Source of the DNA: Candidatus Hydrogenedentota bacterium | GTDB lineage: Bacteria > Hydrogenedentota > Hydrogenedentia > Hydrogenedentales > SLHB01 | Length of the DNA: 64,000 bases | Direction of reading: 5' to 3' | NCBI GenBank assembly: GCA_045863295.1 | Contig: BTWA01000017.1 | Location: forward strand, 1 to 64,000 | Part shown: piece by piece, positions 33,170 through 42,363 of the stretch | Layout of the letters: the number at the start of each line of letters is the position of its first letter | How positions within the stretch are numbered: the first letter of the stretch is position 1 | Notes under the pieces: generated by a model | The model's database searches: none | What the model saw: the letters and a program-made list of their open reading frames with translations, nothing else | What the model was told of the DNA's origin: nothing | Program-made: the position numbers and the translations under genes

Positions 33170-33403
33170 TTACTTAGTCTCCTTTGTCGTCGGGGCTGAG
33201 CGTTCGAAGTGGGTATGACCCAAGTGCCGCGTTTTCTTGAACGGCTGGCCGGATGTTTTGGGACGTGGAGACGTTTCCCCTTGGGGGTCTGATGTCAAGT
33301 CCTTCGTGTGGTTGGCTCCATATGTTTTGCATCCGGAAAGAGCGAATGTTGTACATACCAAGATGGCTGTGAATAGTAGCTGTTGGATTACTCGGTTTTT
33401 CAC
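33170..33403 (-). CDS. Small putative lipoprotein
   Basis: GTG start after AAAGGA; lipobox LSGC; HLGHTH. Confidence 0.45.
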   Translation of the reverse strand: MKNRVIQQLLFTAILVCTTFALSGCKTYGANHTKDLTSDPQGETSPRPKTSGQPFKKTRHLGHTHFERSAPTTKETK

Positions 33404-33683
33404 GGCTGGGTGACCCTTTCCTTTCTCAGTGAACTCCACACGAATGGCAAAAAGCATTCGAGTTGTTGCGGTACTTTCACGAGGGCGTACGGTTAGCGTG
33501 GCGCTGGTTGAGGGGTTACGGGACCATCTTGTCGATGCTGTGCTCGACTGAATCCCGGTCACTGCACGCCCGTGCAGTCAGAGGATAGAGCGTGGAAGTG
33601 GGCCTACCCAACAATTGATGAGAAGACCAACTACCAAGTAGCCGAGAAGCGATGATCCGAACCGAACACAGAAGGTAGGCGGA

Positions 33684-34124
33684 TCAAATGAGTAGTACGA
33701 CCGTACGAAGAGGAGTGGGTGACAAATGGGTGGGATTATTGCGGTTAAAAGGTTGGCGAGTACAAAGCACGGCCGCCAGACTCGTCAATGATAACTCCGT
33801 ACAGTAGGACTTCTGGACTGGATTCGGCGCAAAAAGCCGTGAAGAAAGTGCAAGATTATTCGCATGTGTAGATATGAGCGGCATATCTGTGCAAGGGCCA
33901 CAGTGCGAATTGTCCTGCGTCACATTCGTTTGATGGTCTGGCTCTGTACGCGACGCTGACTGTGCGAGATTGTCGAAACAACGGCCTCGCTGAGCGGCTT
34001 CTATTTCCCTGTGGCCATCCTGCCCTACACACAAAACACGGAGATCGTGGCCGGGCACACCTGCCACGAGTTGTAGGACAAAAATCGTTCCAACAAGGGA
34101 AACAAACAATCTCTTTGCGATCAT
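33684..34124 (-). CDS. Exported Cys/His-rich protein upstream of czc
   Basis: Signal/TM, LCVGQDGH, HCGPCTD, C-terminal LRTVVLLI. Confidence 0.55.
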   Translation of the reverse strand: MIAKRLFVSLVGTIFVLQLVAGVPGHDLRVLCVGQDGHREIEAAQRGRCFDNLAQSASRTEPDHQTNVTQDNSHCGPCTDMPLISTHANNLALSSRLFAPNPVQKSYCTELSLTSLAAVLCTRQPFNRNNPTHLSPTPLRTVVLLI

Positions 34125-34540
34125 GTGGACAGCCTCATCCGGCAGAAGGGTATCAATCGAAATCCCAAATGTCAATAAACACGCTCGGTATATCCGGGGG
34201 CGTAAAAGCCCTCTGTGCGTTCAAATTATCGAATGACGCGGCTATTGATCGCCTACCAGCAGGCGTCCAATCAGGGCTACGGAGTGTTCGGCCACCATTC
34301 ATTAGGAGGCTTCTTAAGTTCCGAAAGCAGACAATCTCTCCGCCTGATCACACAATAGCTAACAGTCCAACCAGCAAACAGAACAATTCAACACTTGTCG
34401 CATATTCCATCATTGGATTGAATATTCGACTCACTTTTCGAACCTGCTGCTACTTGACCTATTAGCCTGACTCATACGAAGGAATACGCTCCATTCTCCA
34501 ACTCCCATTCTCTGTTTTATTCAAGCGATCGGGCACGCTG

Positions 34541-34966
34541 CTATTGAAGTGCTTTCAGTTCCTTCTTCAACTCCTGAAACATTCTGCCCTGTGCCCTTGG
34601 AGAGGAGAGTCTGGTGAGACGTCGAAGGCGCCTCTCAGTGAAGAAAGTGACCTCAACATGCTCCCGGGCGGAACCCAGTTCTTGGACAATATCAGGCGGA
34701 AGCTTGAGCAGATTCAGCAATTGAGTGACTCGAGACGGCGTCAAACCTACTTGCTTCGCAAGCTGCGACTGATTGTCGACCACTCCTTGGTCGAGCATAC
34801 TTCGAAAGGACAAGGCGAGCGCTATTGGATTAATCGGTTCGGCCTTACCCGGCTCATCCCGTTGGATCGTCGTGTATATAGCATTGCGATCTAATGAGTT
34901 GCGATAAACCGGGGACACATGCCATCCGTGAGCAAAAGTTCGCTGAGTTCGCACCGCGCGGAGCCA
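34541..34966 (-). CDS. att-adjacent HTH frame, copy 3
   Basis: WLRAVRTQRTFAHGWH...NQSQLAKQVGLTPSRVTQLLNLLKLPP...FFTERRLR. Confidence 0.72.
   Translation of the reverse strand, partial: WLRAVRTQRTFAHGWHVSPVYRNSLDRNAIYTTIQRDEPGKAEPINPIALALSFRSMLDQGVVDNQSQLAKQVGLTPSRVTQLLNLLKLPPDIVQELGSAREHVEVTFFTERRLRRLTRLSSPRAQGRMFQELKKELKALQ
34932..34966 (+). mobile_element. Element right end (attR) with tRNA-Asn 3' fragment
   Basis: 21-mer + N4 + CGCGGAGCCA. Confidence 0.8.
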
Positions 34967-34979
34967 TTTTGCTTCTAAC

Positions 34980-35004
34980 AGCCACCTCGCCGAGGTGGCT
35001 TTTT
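34980..35004 (+). terminator. Intrinsic terminator-like hairpin directly before the GIY-YIG start
   Basis: AGCCACCTC-gcc-GAGGTGGCT-TTTT. Confidence 0.7.
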
Positions 35005-35007
35005 CAC

Positions 35008-35259
35008 ATGTGCTGGGTATACATACTGCAAAGTCAGAGCACAGGCCGGTATTACTGCGGTTCAACAGACGATGTTGAACGGCGGGTCCGGCAGCATAAC
35101 GACTCCGGCTATCGCGGCACCAAGACGACCAAACGTTTTGAAGGTCCTTGGACTCTCGTATGGACAGAGCAGCACCCAAGCCGTTCGGTCGCGATGACAC
35201 GCGAAAAGCAAATCAAAGCACGCGGTATCGCCCGCTTTCTGGCGGATACGACGCGGTAG
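35008..35259 (+). CDS. Small stand-alone GIY-YIG nuclease (UPF0213/Slx1-like)
   Basis: WVYIL...YYCGST...RVRQHN...AMTREKQIK, 83 aa. Confidence 0.88.
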   Translation: MCWVYILQSQSTGRYYCGSTDDVERRVRQHNDSGYRGTKTTKRFEGPWTLVWTEQHPSRSVAMTREKQIKARGIARFLADTTR

Positions 35260-35337
35260 CTCAGTTGGTTGAGTCCCGCCGCAGGCGGGATTAACCACCA
35301 TGTCCCGCGCGTCGCGGGAGTCCTACCCGCGGAGCCA
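35252..35337 (+). pseudogene. tRNA-Asn-derived pseudo-tRNA with two hairpin substitutions
   Basis: CGCGG-TAGCTCAGTTGGTTGAG (acceptor/D arm), TTAA-CCACC-ATGT (anticodon 3' side), AGTCCTAC-CCGCGGA-GCCA (T arm 3' side, acceptor, discriminator G, CCA). Confidence 0.8.
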
Positions 35338-35345
35338 TTGACGTC

Positions 35346-35380
35346 AAAAGGGGTTGCGCTTCATGCGCAACCCCTTTTTT
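35346..35380 (+). terminator. Bidirectional terminator hairpin
   Basis: AAAAGGGGTTGCGC-ttcat-GCGCAACCCCTTTTTT. Confidence 0.75.
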
Positions 35381-35590
35381 GTAATACTCACCGCTGCTGG
35401 TTTCGCCCAGCCTCCTGTTAACCAGTTTGCGCCTCAGTGAAATCTCCGGCGCAGGTTGTGTCAAACACGGGGACCAGAACCGGGCAAAGTTGGAAGCCAA
35501 TACAGAAGTCTTATCACCAGACATCCGATTGGAACCGTAACGTCATCGTGCGCCTCGTTGTTCGGTCCAGCGATTGGCTCGGTCTGGCCG

Positions 35591-36310
35591 CTACTCAATG
35601 GGTTGCGGTAACTGACCGGTCGCAATGCGGTAGGCGATCGTGTAGATCACGCCCGCGAGAACCCCGCCGACATTGAACAGCAGGTGCGCGAAAATGGCGG
35701 GCCGCAGGCTGCCCGTCCGGGCGCGCGCCATCGCGCAGACGTATCCGAGCGCCGTCACTGACAGCACGATGACCATGACCGCGGCGATTTTCATATCGCC
35801 AAACAGCAACACCAGATGCATGGCGCCGAACAGCGCCGCACTCCACAGAACAGCGGTGGGCGTGTCGGCCCCGGCGAGCGTTTGGAACCAGGCCCGGCAA
35901 AAGATTTCTTCTACGAGGGGCGCGACAGCCCAAGTCAAGAGCACGAACCAGAGCAAGCCAGAAGCGGCAAGGTCCTCCCCGGGGCCTTGCAGGCCGAACG
36001 CCAACATGACGCCCGTGCACACGGCGCCCAGTGCGAGACCCCACAACTTGAAGTGGCCCTTGGCCGGCGCCGGGCGGCGGAATCCGAACTCTGCCAGCGG
36101 ACGCCTCGACGCAACCATCGCCCCGAACGCGACCGCCACCATCAGCCCTTGGGTCACGGCCTGCTGGGTCCACGGATACCGCGTCGTAACCGACTCGGGC
36201 AGGGCCCAAGTCGCGAGAAACGCGGCGACGAAGACGACGAGTGCGAGCCCGAATACGGCGAGCGGATTCCACGTCGACCCTCTCTGTGCATGATCAGGAC
36301 TTCGGATCAA
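35591..36310 (-). CDS. CPBP (CAAX/Abi) family intramembrane metalloprotease
   Basis: EEIFCR, FGAMH, HLLFN motifs; multiple TM. Confidence 0.85.
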   Translation of the reverse strand: MIRSPDHAQRGSTWNPLAVFGLALVVFVAAFLATWALPESVTTRYPWTQQAVTQGLMVAVAFGAMVASRRPLAEFGFRRPAPAKGHFKLWGLALGAVCTGVMLAFGLQGPGEDLAASGLLWFVLLTWAVAPLVEEIFCRAWFQTLAGADTPTAVLWSAALFGAMHLVLLFGDMKIAAVMVIVLSVTALGYVCAMARARTGSLRPAIFAHLLFNVGGVLAGVIYTIAYRIATGQLPQPIE

Positions 36311-36550
36311 AACCGAACTCCCAGACTTTTTGTGCGGATCGGCAGCGCTTGACCTAATGGCAATAGGTTTGCTCCGTGCGGCGGCTGTAGCGCCGCGACC
36401 GCAACACCTAACGCACCCTGCTTTCGACTTCGTTCTGCCGCCCAGTATGCACGCCGGATATCGCCTTGCTAATCAAGAATAGCGCTGCTGTGGTCGCATC
36501 GCAAGCGCCGTCTGTATCTACGGTACTAGGCCATGGTGTGTATTCTATCA

Positions 36551-36621
36551 AGCTGACGCGCCAAATGGGCCGCGCCAGATCCGGCGCGCAGCGATGCGTC
36601 GGCTCCAGTCGGATGTTAGCC
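36551..36621 (-). repeat. attC-like integron recombination site (degenerate R' GTCAGCT)
   Basis: Minus strand GGCTAAC (contains the stop codon)-ATCCGACTGGAGCCGACGC...GCGCGGCCCATTTGGCGC-GTCAGCT, 71 bp. Confidence 0.55.
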
Positions 36622-37071
36622 GGTCCCTTCCTCCAGATCTCCGTGATCCAGAGCGAACGTGTACATTACGTGCTCACCCACGACTTCTTTCCCACCGGCG
36701 GACGCGTAGAGTCGCATCGCCGGGCCATTCGAACGGTCAGTGAGGACCCAGGCCTCACGACAGCCCAAGCGCTTTGCGTGCTGCAGCAGCGTTCGCACAA
36801 TGGCCTTGGCAAGCCCTCGGCCCTGATGGCTCGGTGCGACACCGACTTCGTTAACCCACAGCTCAGGTGCCTTGTCGGGGTGTACGTAATGCACGCCTGA
36901 GGCGAAGCCAACGACCTGGCCCTGGTCAATGGCAACCGCCACGTGATGCCGAGGATCGCTTATGAACTCCGAGGCGAGATCAGGATCCACCGTGTGATCG
37001 AACACACCATCAGCGACGTTGTAAAAGATAGCCTGATCGCCAGAACGGAGAATTCTGATTTCGGGGCTCAT
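36616..37071 (-). CDS. GNAT family N-acetyltransferase (cassette-like)
   Basis: NEVGVAPSHQGRGLA, NGPAMRLY. Confidence 0.88.
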   Translation of the reverse strand: MSPEIRILRSGDQAIFYNVADGVFDHTVDPDLASEFISDPRHHVAVAIDQGQVVGFASGVHYVHPDKAPELWVNEVGVAPSHQGRGLAKAIVRTLLQHAKRLGCREAWVLTDRSNGPAMRLYASAGGKEVVGEHVMYTFALDHGDLEEGTG

Positions 37072-37743
37072 GGTTTGCTTTCTTGATGATCCGGCCAACA
37101 ATGGTTATATGGTTTTGTCATGCCACCTTTGGGCCGCGACGTCGCGGCATAAGAACCCGCCTGCAAATCCCTCGCAACGCCAGTATTTCCCGATCATTAG
37201 GCCAGCATTCATAGACCCAACTCTTCCGATACCATTACCGCAAACACTTGGCTGGACAACCTGTTTTCTTGCGAGGGTGCGTTGTCAACCGGTCGAGCGC
37301 GGGTACTTTGCCAGCGGCTTATCCTGATGTGAAGGAGATCGAAATTGGTTCTACAACGACTGGGCCAGATTCGGGCTTCTCCGTCATAATGCGTAATAAG
37401 AGGACTCTTGCTTGAGAAATAGTCTCTTTATGGGTTGCGCCCTACTTCACGACGCCGCACAGCTCTGTTACTTCCACTATCGAACGTCCCGTTTCTGACG
37501 ATACCCCTTGTGCAGCGTACTCGTCAATGCAACTCAAGCTTGCTGGACTTCTCTAAGTGCCTTTCTTGGCATGGGATTAGTCGAATCGTTCCGGGATTGA
37601 CCGGATGGGGGGATTCCGATAGGATTCAGGAGCGGTGTTCCCGGACGGGCTGCTGGCGCGCAGTCCGTGACATGTTCCTGTGGCGAAAAGGCTTTAGACA
37701 CGGTATACCTTGGCCGCGATGAGGCCGGGACCGAGGCTCGGGA

Positions 37744-38538
37744 GTGAATCACATGGTGGGCAAATTCTGGGTTGTGCTGATGTCGCAAATCAACAAGCTC
37801 GCCAATTTTTTCTGGCAGGCCGATCCCATTGCAGTGATGCAGCTTGAGTACGACAACGCCGTGGCCCAGTTGAAAGAGGGGCGGGAAGGGCTGGAGCAGT
37901 ACCGGGCCCTGGTGGAGCGCGTTACCCGTCAGGTGAAAGCCGATGAAAAGCGGGTGGCGAGCTTGACGGCGGAGGTCAAGGCGTATCTGAAGCTGAACGA
38001 CCGCGAGACGGCAGGCAAGTTTGCGCTGGAGTTGAAGCGTGCGCAGACAGAGCTTGCGGAGAATCAAGAGCAGCTCAAGTTGCATGAGACTGCGTATCAA
38101 AACCACCTCACGAAGATTCAGCATGCCACGCGCAAGTTGAATGAGGTTCAGACCAAGATTCACAAGTACGACGCCGAGCTCAAGATGAGCGCTGCGGAAG
38201 CCGAAATGGCGAAGCTGGCGGAGAGTTTCAATTTCAATGTGACTACGGATTTCGGCGAGTTGGAAAACATGATCCAGAACAAGATCGATGTGAATCGCGC
38301 GAAGGTGCGGGTATCCGCCGATCTTTCCAACGAGGGCGTAGCGGACATCGAAGCGGAGCAACGCAAGGAAGCCATGGAAGCGGAGGATCTGCTGCAACAA
38401 TTCGAGGTTGATATGGGCATCAAAACGCCGGAAACGGCGAACGTTCCGCAGCAGGAAAAGACGTTGGGCCAAGCTGAAGCGACACCGGCGGTGCGCGAAG
38501 ACGCCTTGAAGGACGTGGAAAAGCAGTTGGGCGCATAA
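37744..38538 (+). CDS. PspA/IM30 (bacterial ESCRT-III-like) family protein
   Basis: ADPIAVMQLEYD start of a long coiled-coil hairpin; AGKFALEL; KIDVNRAK; EDLLQQFE. Confidence 0.75.
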   Translation: MNHMVGKFWVVLMSQINKLANFFWQADPIAVMQLEYDNAVAQLKEGREGLEQYRALVERVTRQVKADEKRVASLTAEVKAYLKLNDRETAGKFALELKRAQTELAENQEQLKLHETAYQNHLTKIQHATRKLNEVQTKIHKYDAELKMSAAEAEMAKLAESFNFNVTTDFGELENMIQNKIDVNRAKVRVSADLSNEGVADIEAEQRKEAMEAEDLLQQFEVDMGIKTPETANVPQQEKTLGQAEATPAVREDALKDVEKQLGA

Positions 38539-38609
38539 TGGAATGCTTGTTTCGCGCGACTGCGGACCGGGCAACGACTTAGGCATCCGAACACGGGAGG
38601 TAGTGGAAC

Positions 38610-40406
38610 ATGGCGCAGCCAGGCGGAGGCGGCCCTCGGGCCAGTTTTTATGTGGCGTTGTTTGTCATCGTGGCGGCCCTTGCCGTGTATGGCCTTCGTG
38701 ATTACATTTTTCCCAAGGGCGGCAATTCGGCGGATACGCCACCCCAGCCGCCAATCCAATTAAGCGATACGCAACAGACAACCGTTGACCAGGCCTCCAC
38801 CACGAGCACCGCGACGGACGGCGGGGCGGAAGCGGCCGACGACAACACCTTGACCACGGTTAAAGAGTATTCCTACGTACCGGGCGAGAAACTACCGCCC
38901 GTCAGCGGCATATCCAATTATCAGCCGTTGTCGGATCGCACCGTCAAATTTGCGCTGAACGTGTGGGCAGGCTGGGCTCCTATTCTGTTGCATAACGAGG
39001 GCAAGGGGCCGGGCAAAATCTGGAAGACGCCAAGCGGCGAAGATTTCAAAGTTGAGCTCGTGTTGATAGATGACCCCGTGGCGATGCGTGATGCCTATGC
39101 TTCCGGGAATGTACATATTGGTTGGGGCACGCTGGATATGGTGCCTCTGTTCATGGAAGAGTTCCAAAAGGATAGCCGTATCGCTCCCCGCATTTATCAG
39201 CAAGTGGACTGGTCGAACGGTGGGGACGGCATCGTCATGCGGCGTGCCCACGCGAAGGATCCGAACAGCCCCACCATCTCCGATTTGCGCGGCAAGAAAG
39301 TGGTACTTGCCCAAAACTCACCGAGTCAGTTTTTCGTGCTGAACGCGCTCATCAACGGTGGCGTGCAACCGGCTGAAGTGGATTTCATTTACACCCAGGA
39401 CGCGTTTCAAGCGGCGGCAGCGTTCAATACCAACAAAGACATTGCCGCGTGCGTCAGTTGGGCGCCGGATATTTACAACTTGACGAAGATACAGGGCAAC
39501 CATCTTCTGGTCACGACGGCGACGGCGAACAAGATTATCGCGGATGTGTGGTTCGCGCGCGCGGATTTTGCCAAAGACCATCCGGATATCTGTGAGGGCC
39601 TGGTTCGCGGCATATTCGACGGCATGGAGGCAATGAAGACCGACGAGGGGCGTCAGCAGGCGGCCCAGTTCATGTCGAAGATGTACAACATTCCCGCTGC
39701 GGACTGCATGGGCATGTTGGGCGACGCGCACTCCACGAATTTCGCGGAGAACCGCGATTTCTTCATGAATCAGAACAACCCCACGAATTTCGAGCGCACG
39801 TGGGACACAGCGAATTATCTGTACCGTCACATCGGCAAGATTTCGAGGCCGGCGGCATTCGATACAGTGATGGATTTCTCCATACTGCAAAAGTTGGCGG
39901 CGGAACCCAAATACGCCAACAGCAAGAATGAATATCAGGTGGCGTTTACGCCCAAGTCCGTGCAAAGCATCAAGGCGGAGAGCGGCGAGATTCTGACAAA
40001 GGTCGTGATGTTCCATTTCTTTCCGAACAGTTACGATCTCTATCACAAGATCACGGTACAGGAAGACGGCAAGGACACCGAGCGCGCGTATGACCCGAAT
40101 GTAGACTTCACGCTTGAGGAGATTGGCAAATTGTCCGGCCAGTACGGCGCGGCGCGCATCGTCATTGAAGGGCATGCCGACGCCAGCATGAAAGGGCAAG
40201 TTACGCCCCAATTGATCAAGCAACTTTCCGAGAACCGGGCCAATGCGGTGAAGGAGGCGCTGGTAAAGCTGTTTCCGTCCCTGGATCCGATGCAGTTCAG
40301 CGCGACCGGGATGGGTTGGGATGTACCCGCCGATCCTAGCGATCCTCTGAATCACGCCAAGAACCGCCGTGTGGAAGTAAAGGTGTATCCCCTGGAGGCT
40401 CAATAG
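38610..40406 (+). CDS. Membrane-anchored NMT1/SsuA-type substrate-binding protein fused to an OmpA-like peptidoglycan-binding domain
   Basis: N-terminal TM, WAGWAP, DWSNGGDGIV, IIADVW; C-terminal IEGHAD, LSENRANAV, KNRRVEV. Confidence 0.85.
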   Translation: MAQPGGGGPRASFYVALFVIVAALAVYGLRDYIFPKGGNSADTPPQPPIQLSDTQQTTVDQASTTSTATDGGAEAADDNTLTTVKEYSYVPGEKLPPVSGISNYQPLSDRTVKFALNVWAGWAPILLHNEGKGPGKIWKTPSGEDFKVELVLIDDPVAMRDAYASGNVHIGWGTLDMVPLFMEEFQKDSRIAPRIYQQVDWSNGGDGIVMRRAHAKDPNSPTISDLRGKKVVLAQNSPSQFFVLNALINGGVQPAEVDFIYTQDAFQAAAAFNTNKDIAACVSWAPDIYNLTKIQGNHLLVTTATANKIIADVWFARADFAKDHPDICEGLVRGIFDGMEAMKTDEGRQQAAQFMSKMYNIPAADCMGMLGDAHSTNFAENRDFFMNQNNPTNFERTWDTANYLYRHIGKISRPAAFDTVMDFSILQKLAAEPKYANSKNEYQVAFTPKSVQSIKAESGEILTKVVMFHFFPNSYDLYHKITVQEDGKDTERAYDPNVDFTLEEIGKLSGQYGAARIVIEGHADASMKGQVTPQLIKQLSENRANAVKEALVKLFPSLDPMQFSATGMGWDVPADPSDPLNHAKNRRVEVKVYPLEAQ

Positions 40407-40457
40407 GCCGGACAGCGACTCCTGTAACGGGAACGTGCCGGTTGATGAAGGAGCACC

Positions 40458-41489
40458 ATGGCGAGTTCAAAGATACGGAGATATTTCGAGCGCTGGACTG
40501 TCATTCGCGACAGGCCGGGCGTTGCCGAAGGCATGATCATATCCATTGGTTGCCTTGCGATTGTGCTGTTTGTTTGGTACCTCGTAACGCTTGGCAAGCC
40601 TGAAGAGCGGCTGGTCGATCGCATTACGCTTCCCAGTCCGCGGGAGACGATAGAGTCGTTTCCCGCCTTGTGGTTCGATCGGGCTGTCATGCGTGGCGCG
40701 CTTGCAAGCTTGGGGCGTGTGCTGGGAGGGTTCATCCTTGCGGCCTCGGTTGCAGTGCCGTTGGGCGTGTTGGCGGGGAATTTCCTGCGCCTGAACGCAT
40801 TCTTGAAGCCGTTGTCCATTTTCGGCCGGAATATTCCCATTGCGGCGCTCATTCCGTTGACTCTCATGTGGTTTGGCTTGGGCGAAACGCAAAAGGTGAT
40901 GTTCATCTTTTTCGCCTCGGTGGCCTTTATCTTTTTTGACAGCACCGGCGCAATCCAGCGCGTGGCGGACAGTCATTTGGATGCCGCGTACACGCTCGGA
41001 GCGGGCTCGGTGTGGAAGCGCGGCGCCCTGTGGGCTGTGGCGGTAGGCGTTTTGTACGGTGCGGTCTTCGGTGGCGGCCACGTCACACTGGCGCAACGGC
41101 CGGGACCAAACGATGCGCAGCTTTGGGCTACGTGGCGCACGCACCTCGCGGCCATGACCTTGGGCGGGTTTGCGCTTGGGTTTCTTTTGTGGTGGCCTGT
41201 CTTCAGCAAGCAAGCGATTGGCAAGGTGCTCCTGCCGTTGGCCATGCCGGATATCGTGAATAGTCTTCGACTGCTATTTGGTCTGGCGTTCGGCTACATC
41301 ATGCTCGCGGAGGTGATCAACGCGGAATACGGTTTGGGCGCCATCATCAATCTCAGCCAGCGCCAGGGTCCGCGTGAACATATCTACCTTTCTCTCATTC
41401 TGATTTCGTTGCTGGCGTTTCTGATCGATCGGTCGATATTGAGCGCACAACGGTGGCTGTTCCCGTATCGCCGCATAGGAGAGCACTAA
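40458..41489 (+). CDS. NitT/TauC-type ABC permease with an internal 67-aa insertion
   Basis: LPSP, ASLGRV, PIAALIPL, LDAAYTLGA, AEVINAEYGLG. Confidence 0.85.
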   Translation: MASSKIRRYFERWTVIRDRPGVAEGMIISIGCLAIVLFVWYLVTLGKPEERLVDRITLPSPRETIESFPALWFDRAVMRGALASLGRVLGGFILAASVAVPLGVLAGNFLRLNAFLKPLSIFGRNIPIAALIPLTLMWFGLGETQKVMFIFFASVAFIFFDSTGAIQRVADSHLDAAYTLGAGSVWKRGALWAVAVGVLYGAVFGGGHVTLAQRPGPNDAQLWATWRTHLAAMTLGGFALGFLLWWPVFSKQAIGKVLLPLAMPDIVNSLRLLFGLAFGYIMLAEVINAEYGLGAIINLSQRQGPREHIYLSLILISLLAFLIDRSILSAQRWLFPYRRIGEH

Positions 41490-42362
41490 ATGGCGACGAC
41501 GCGACAAGCGGCGCCATGTTCGATTATCGATGCGGCGCGCGCACCCGCAAAGGAAAATGCGCCGCCGATTATAGAATTCAAGGGAGTTGCCAAGACATTT
41601 GGCGAGGGTACCGCACGCGCAACCACCGTGGTGAAAGACGTCACCTTCGTTGTTGAGGATCTTGAGGATGCTGGCGAGTTCATTGCGATCCTCGGGCCGA
41701 GCGGTTGCGGCAAGAGCACGGTGCTTCGGCTTGTCGCCGGGCTTGCCCCGCATTTTCCGGCCACTCAGGGCGAAGTACTCTACCATGGACAGCCCGTGCC
41801 GGGTCCCGGCGCGGATCGCGGCATGGTATTTCAGGATTATGCATGTTTTGACAATCGGACCGTCGTTGACAATGTAGCGTTTGGCCTGGAGTGCCAGGGC
41901 GTGGCCAAAGCGGACCGCGTCGCCCTGGCGATGGATTGGATCCAGCGCGTCGGATTGAACCCGGCACGGGATGCCTACAAGTACCCGCACCAGCTTTCGG
42001 GCGGCATGCGGCAACGCGTGGCCATCGCGCGCACGCTGATTTTGAAACCGCGCGTCATTCTGATGGATGAACCGTTTGGCGCACTTGATCCCGCGACCCG
42101 CCATAACATGCAGGACTTGTTGGTCGCGCTTTGGAAAGAAGTCCAGGCAACCGTGTTTTTTGTGACGCATGACGTGAACGAGGCGGTGTTTCTGGGCGAT
42201 CGCGTGTTCATCTTCAGCAATGCGCCCGGCACCATCCTTCACAAATTCTTCGTGCAGTCCCCTGATCGGCCCGCGCGGTTGATGATGCGCGAGGGCAGCT
42301 TTCAGGAGACCGTGATGCATGTAAGAGGTATTCTGGACAAACTTGAAGAAGGCAGCGGTTGA
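41490..42362 (+). CDS. NitT/TauB-type ABC ATP-binding protein
   Basis: [27 protein letters not shown]. Confidence 0.92.
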   Translation: MATTRQAAPCSIIDAARAPAKENAPPIIEFKGVAKTFGEGTARATTVVKDVTFVVEDLEDAGEFIAILGPSGCGKSTVLRLVAGLAPHFPATQGEVLYHGQPVPGPGADRGMVFQDYACFDNRTVVDNVAFGLECQGVAKADRVALAMDWIQRVGLNPARDAYKYPHQLSGGMRQRVAIARTLILKPRVILMDEPFGALDPATRHNMQDLLVALWKEVQATVFFVTHDVNEAVFLGDRVFIFSNAPGTILHKFFVQSPDRPARLMMREGSFQETVMHVRGILDKLEEGSG

Positions 42363-42363
42363 G

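Noticed and set aside
34894..35007. Longer start for the GIY-YIG ORF
   Set aside because: It crosses the att site and terminator; the domain starts at ATG 35008.
34967..35200. N-terminal extension of ORF 34541..35200, and the similar extension 6212..6406
   Set aside because: The extensions lie beyond the att core, are unrelated between copies, and one is antisense to the GIY-YIG gene.
35252..35337. Functional tRNA-Asn gene
   Set aside because: Anticodon and T stems lack their 5' strands, the GTT anticodon and TTCG are missing, and the first acceptor bases do not pair; treated as a pseudo-tRNA.
35520..36412. Second integron cassette around the CPBP gene (GTTAGGT at 36412-36406, minus strand)
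   Set aside because: No convincing attC palindrome found downstream of the gene.
36616..37071. Aminoglycoside acetyltransferase resistance call
   Set aside because: Only generic GNAT motifs are visible; substrate cannot be assigned without a search.
37100..37743. Riboswitch or ncRNA in the long intergenic region before the PspA operon
   Set aside because: Only short hairpins were seen and no recognisable family motif; an Rfam scan would be needed.
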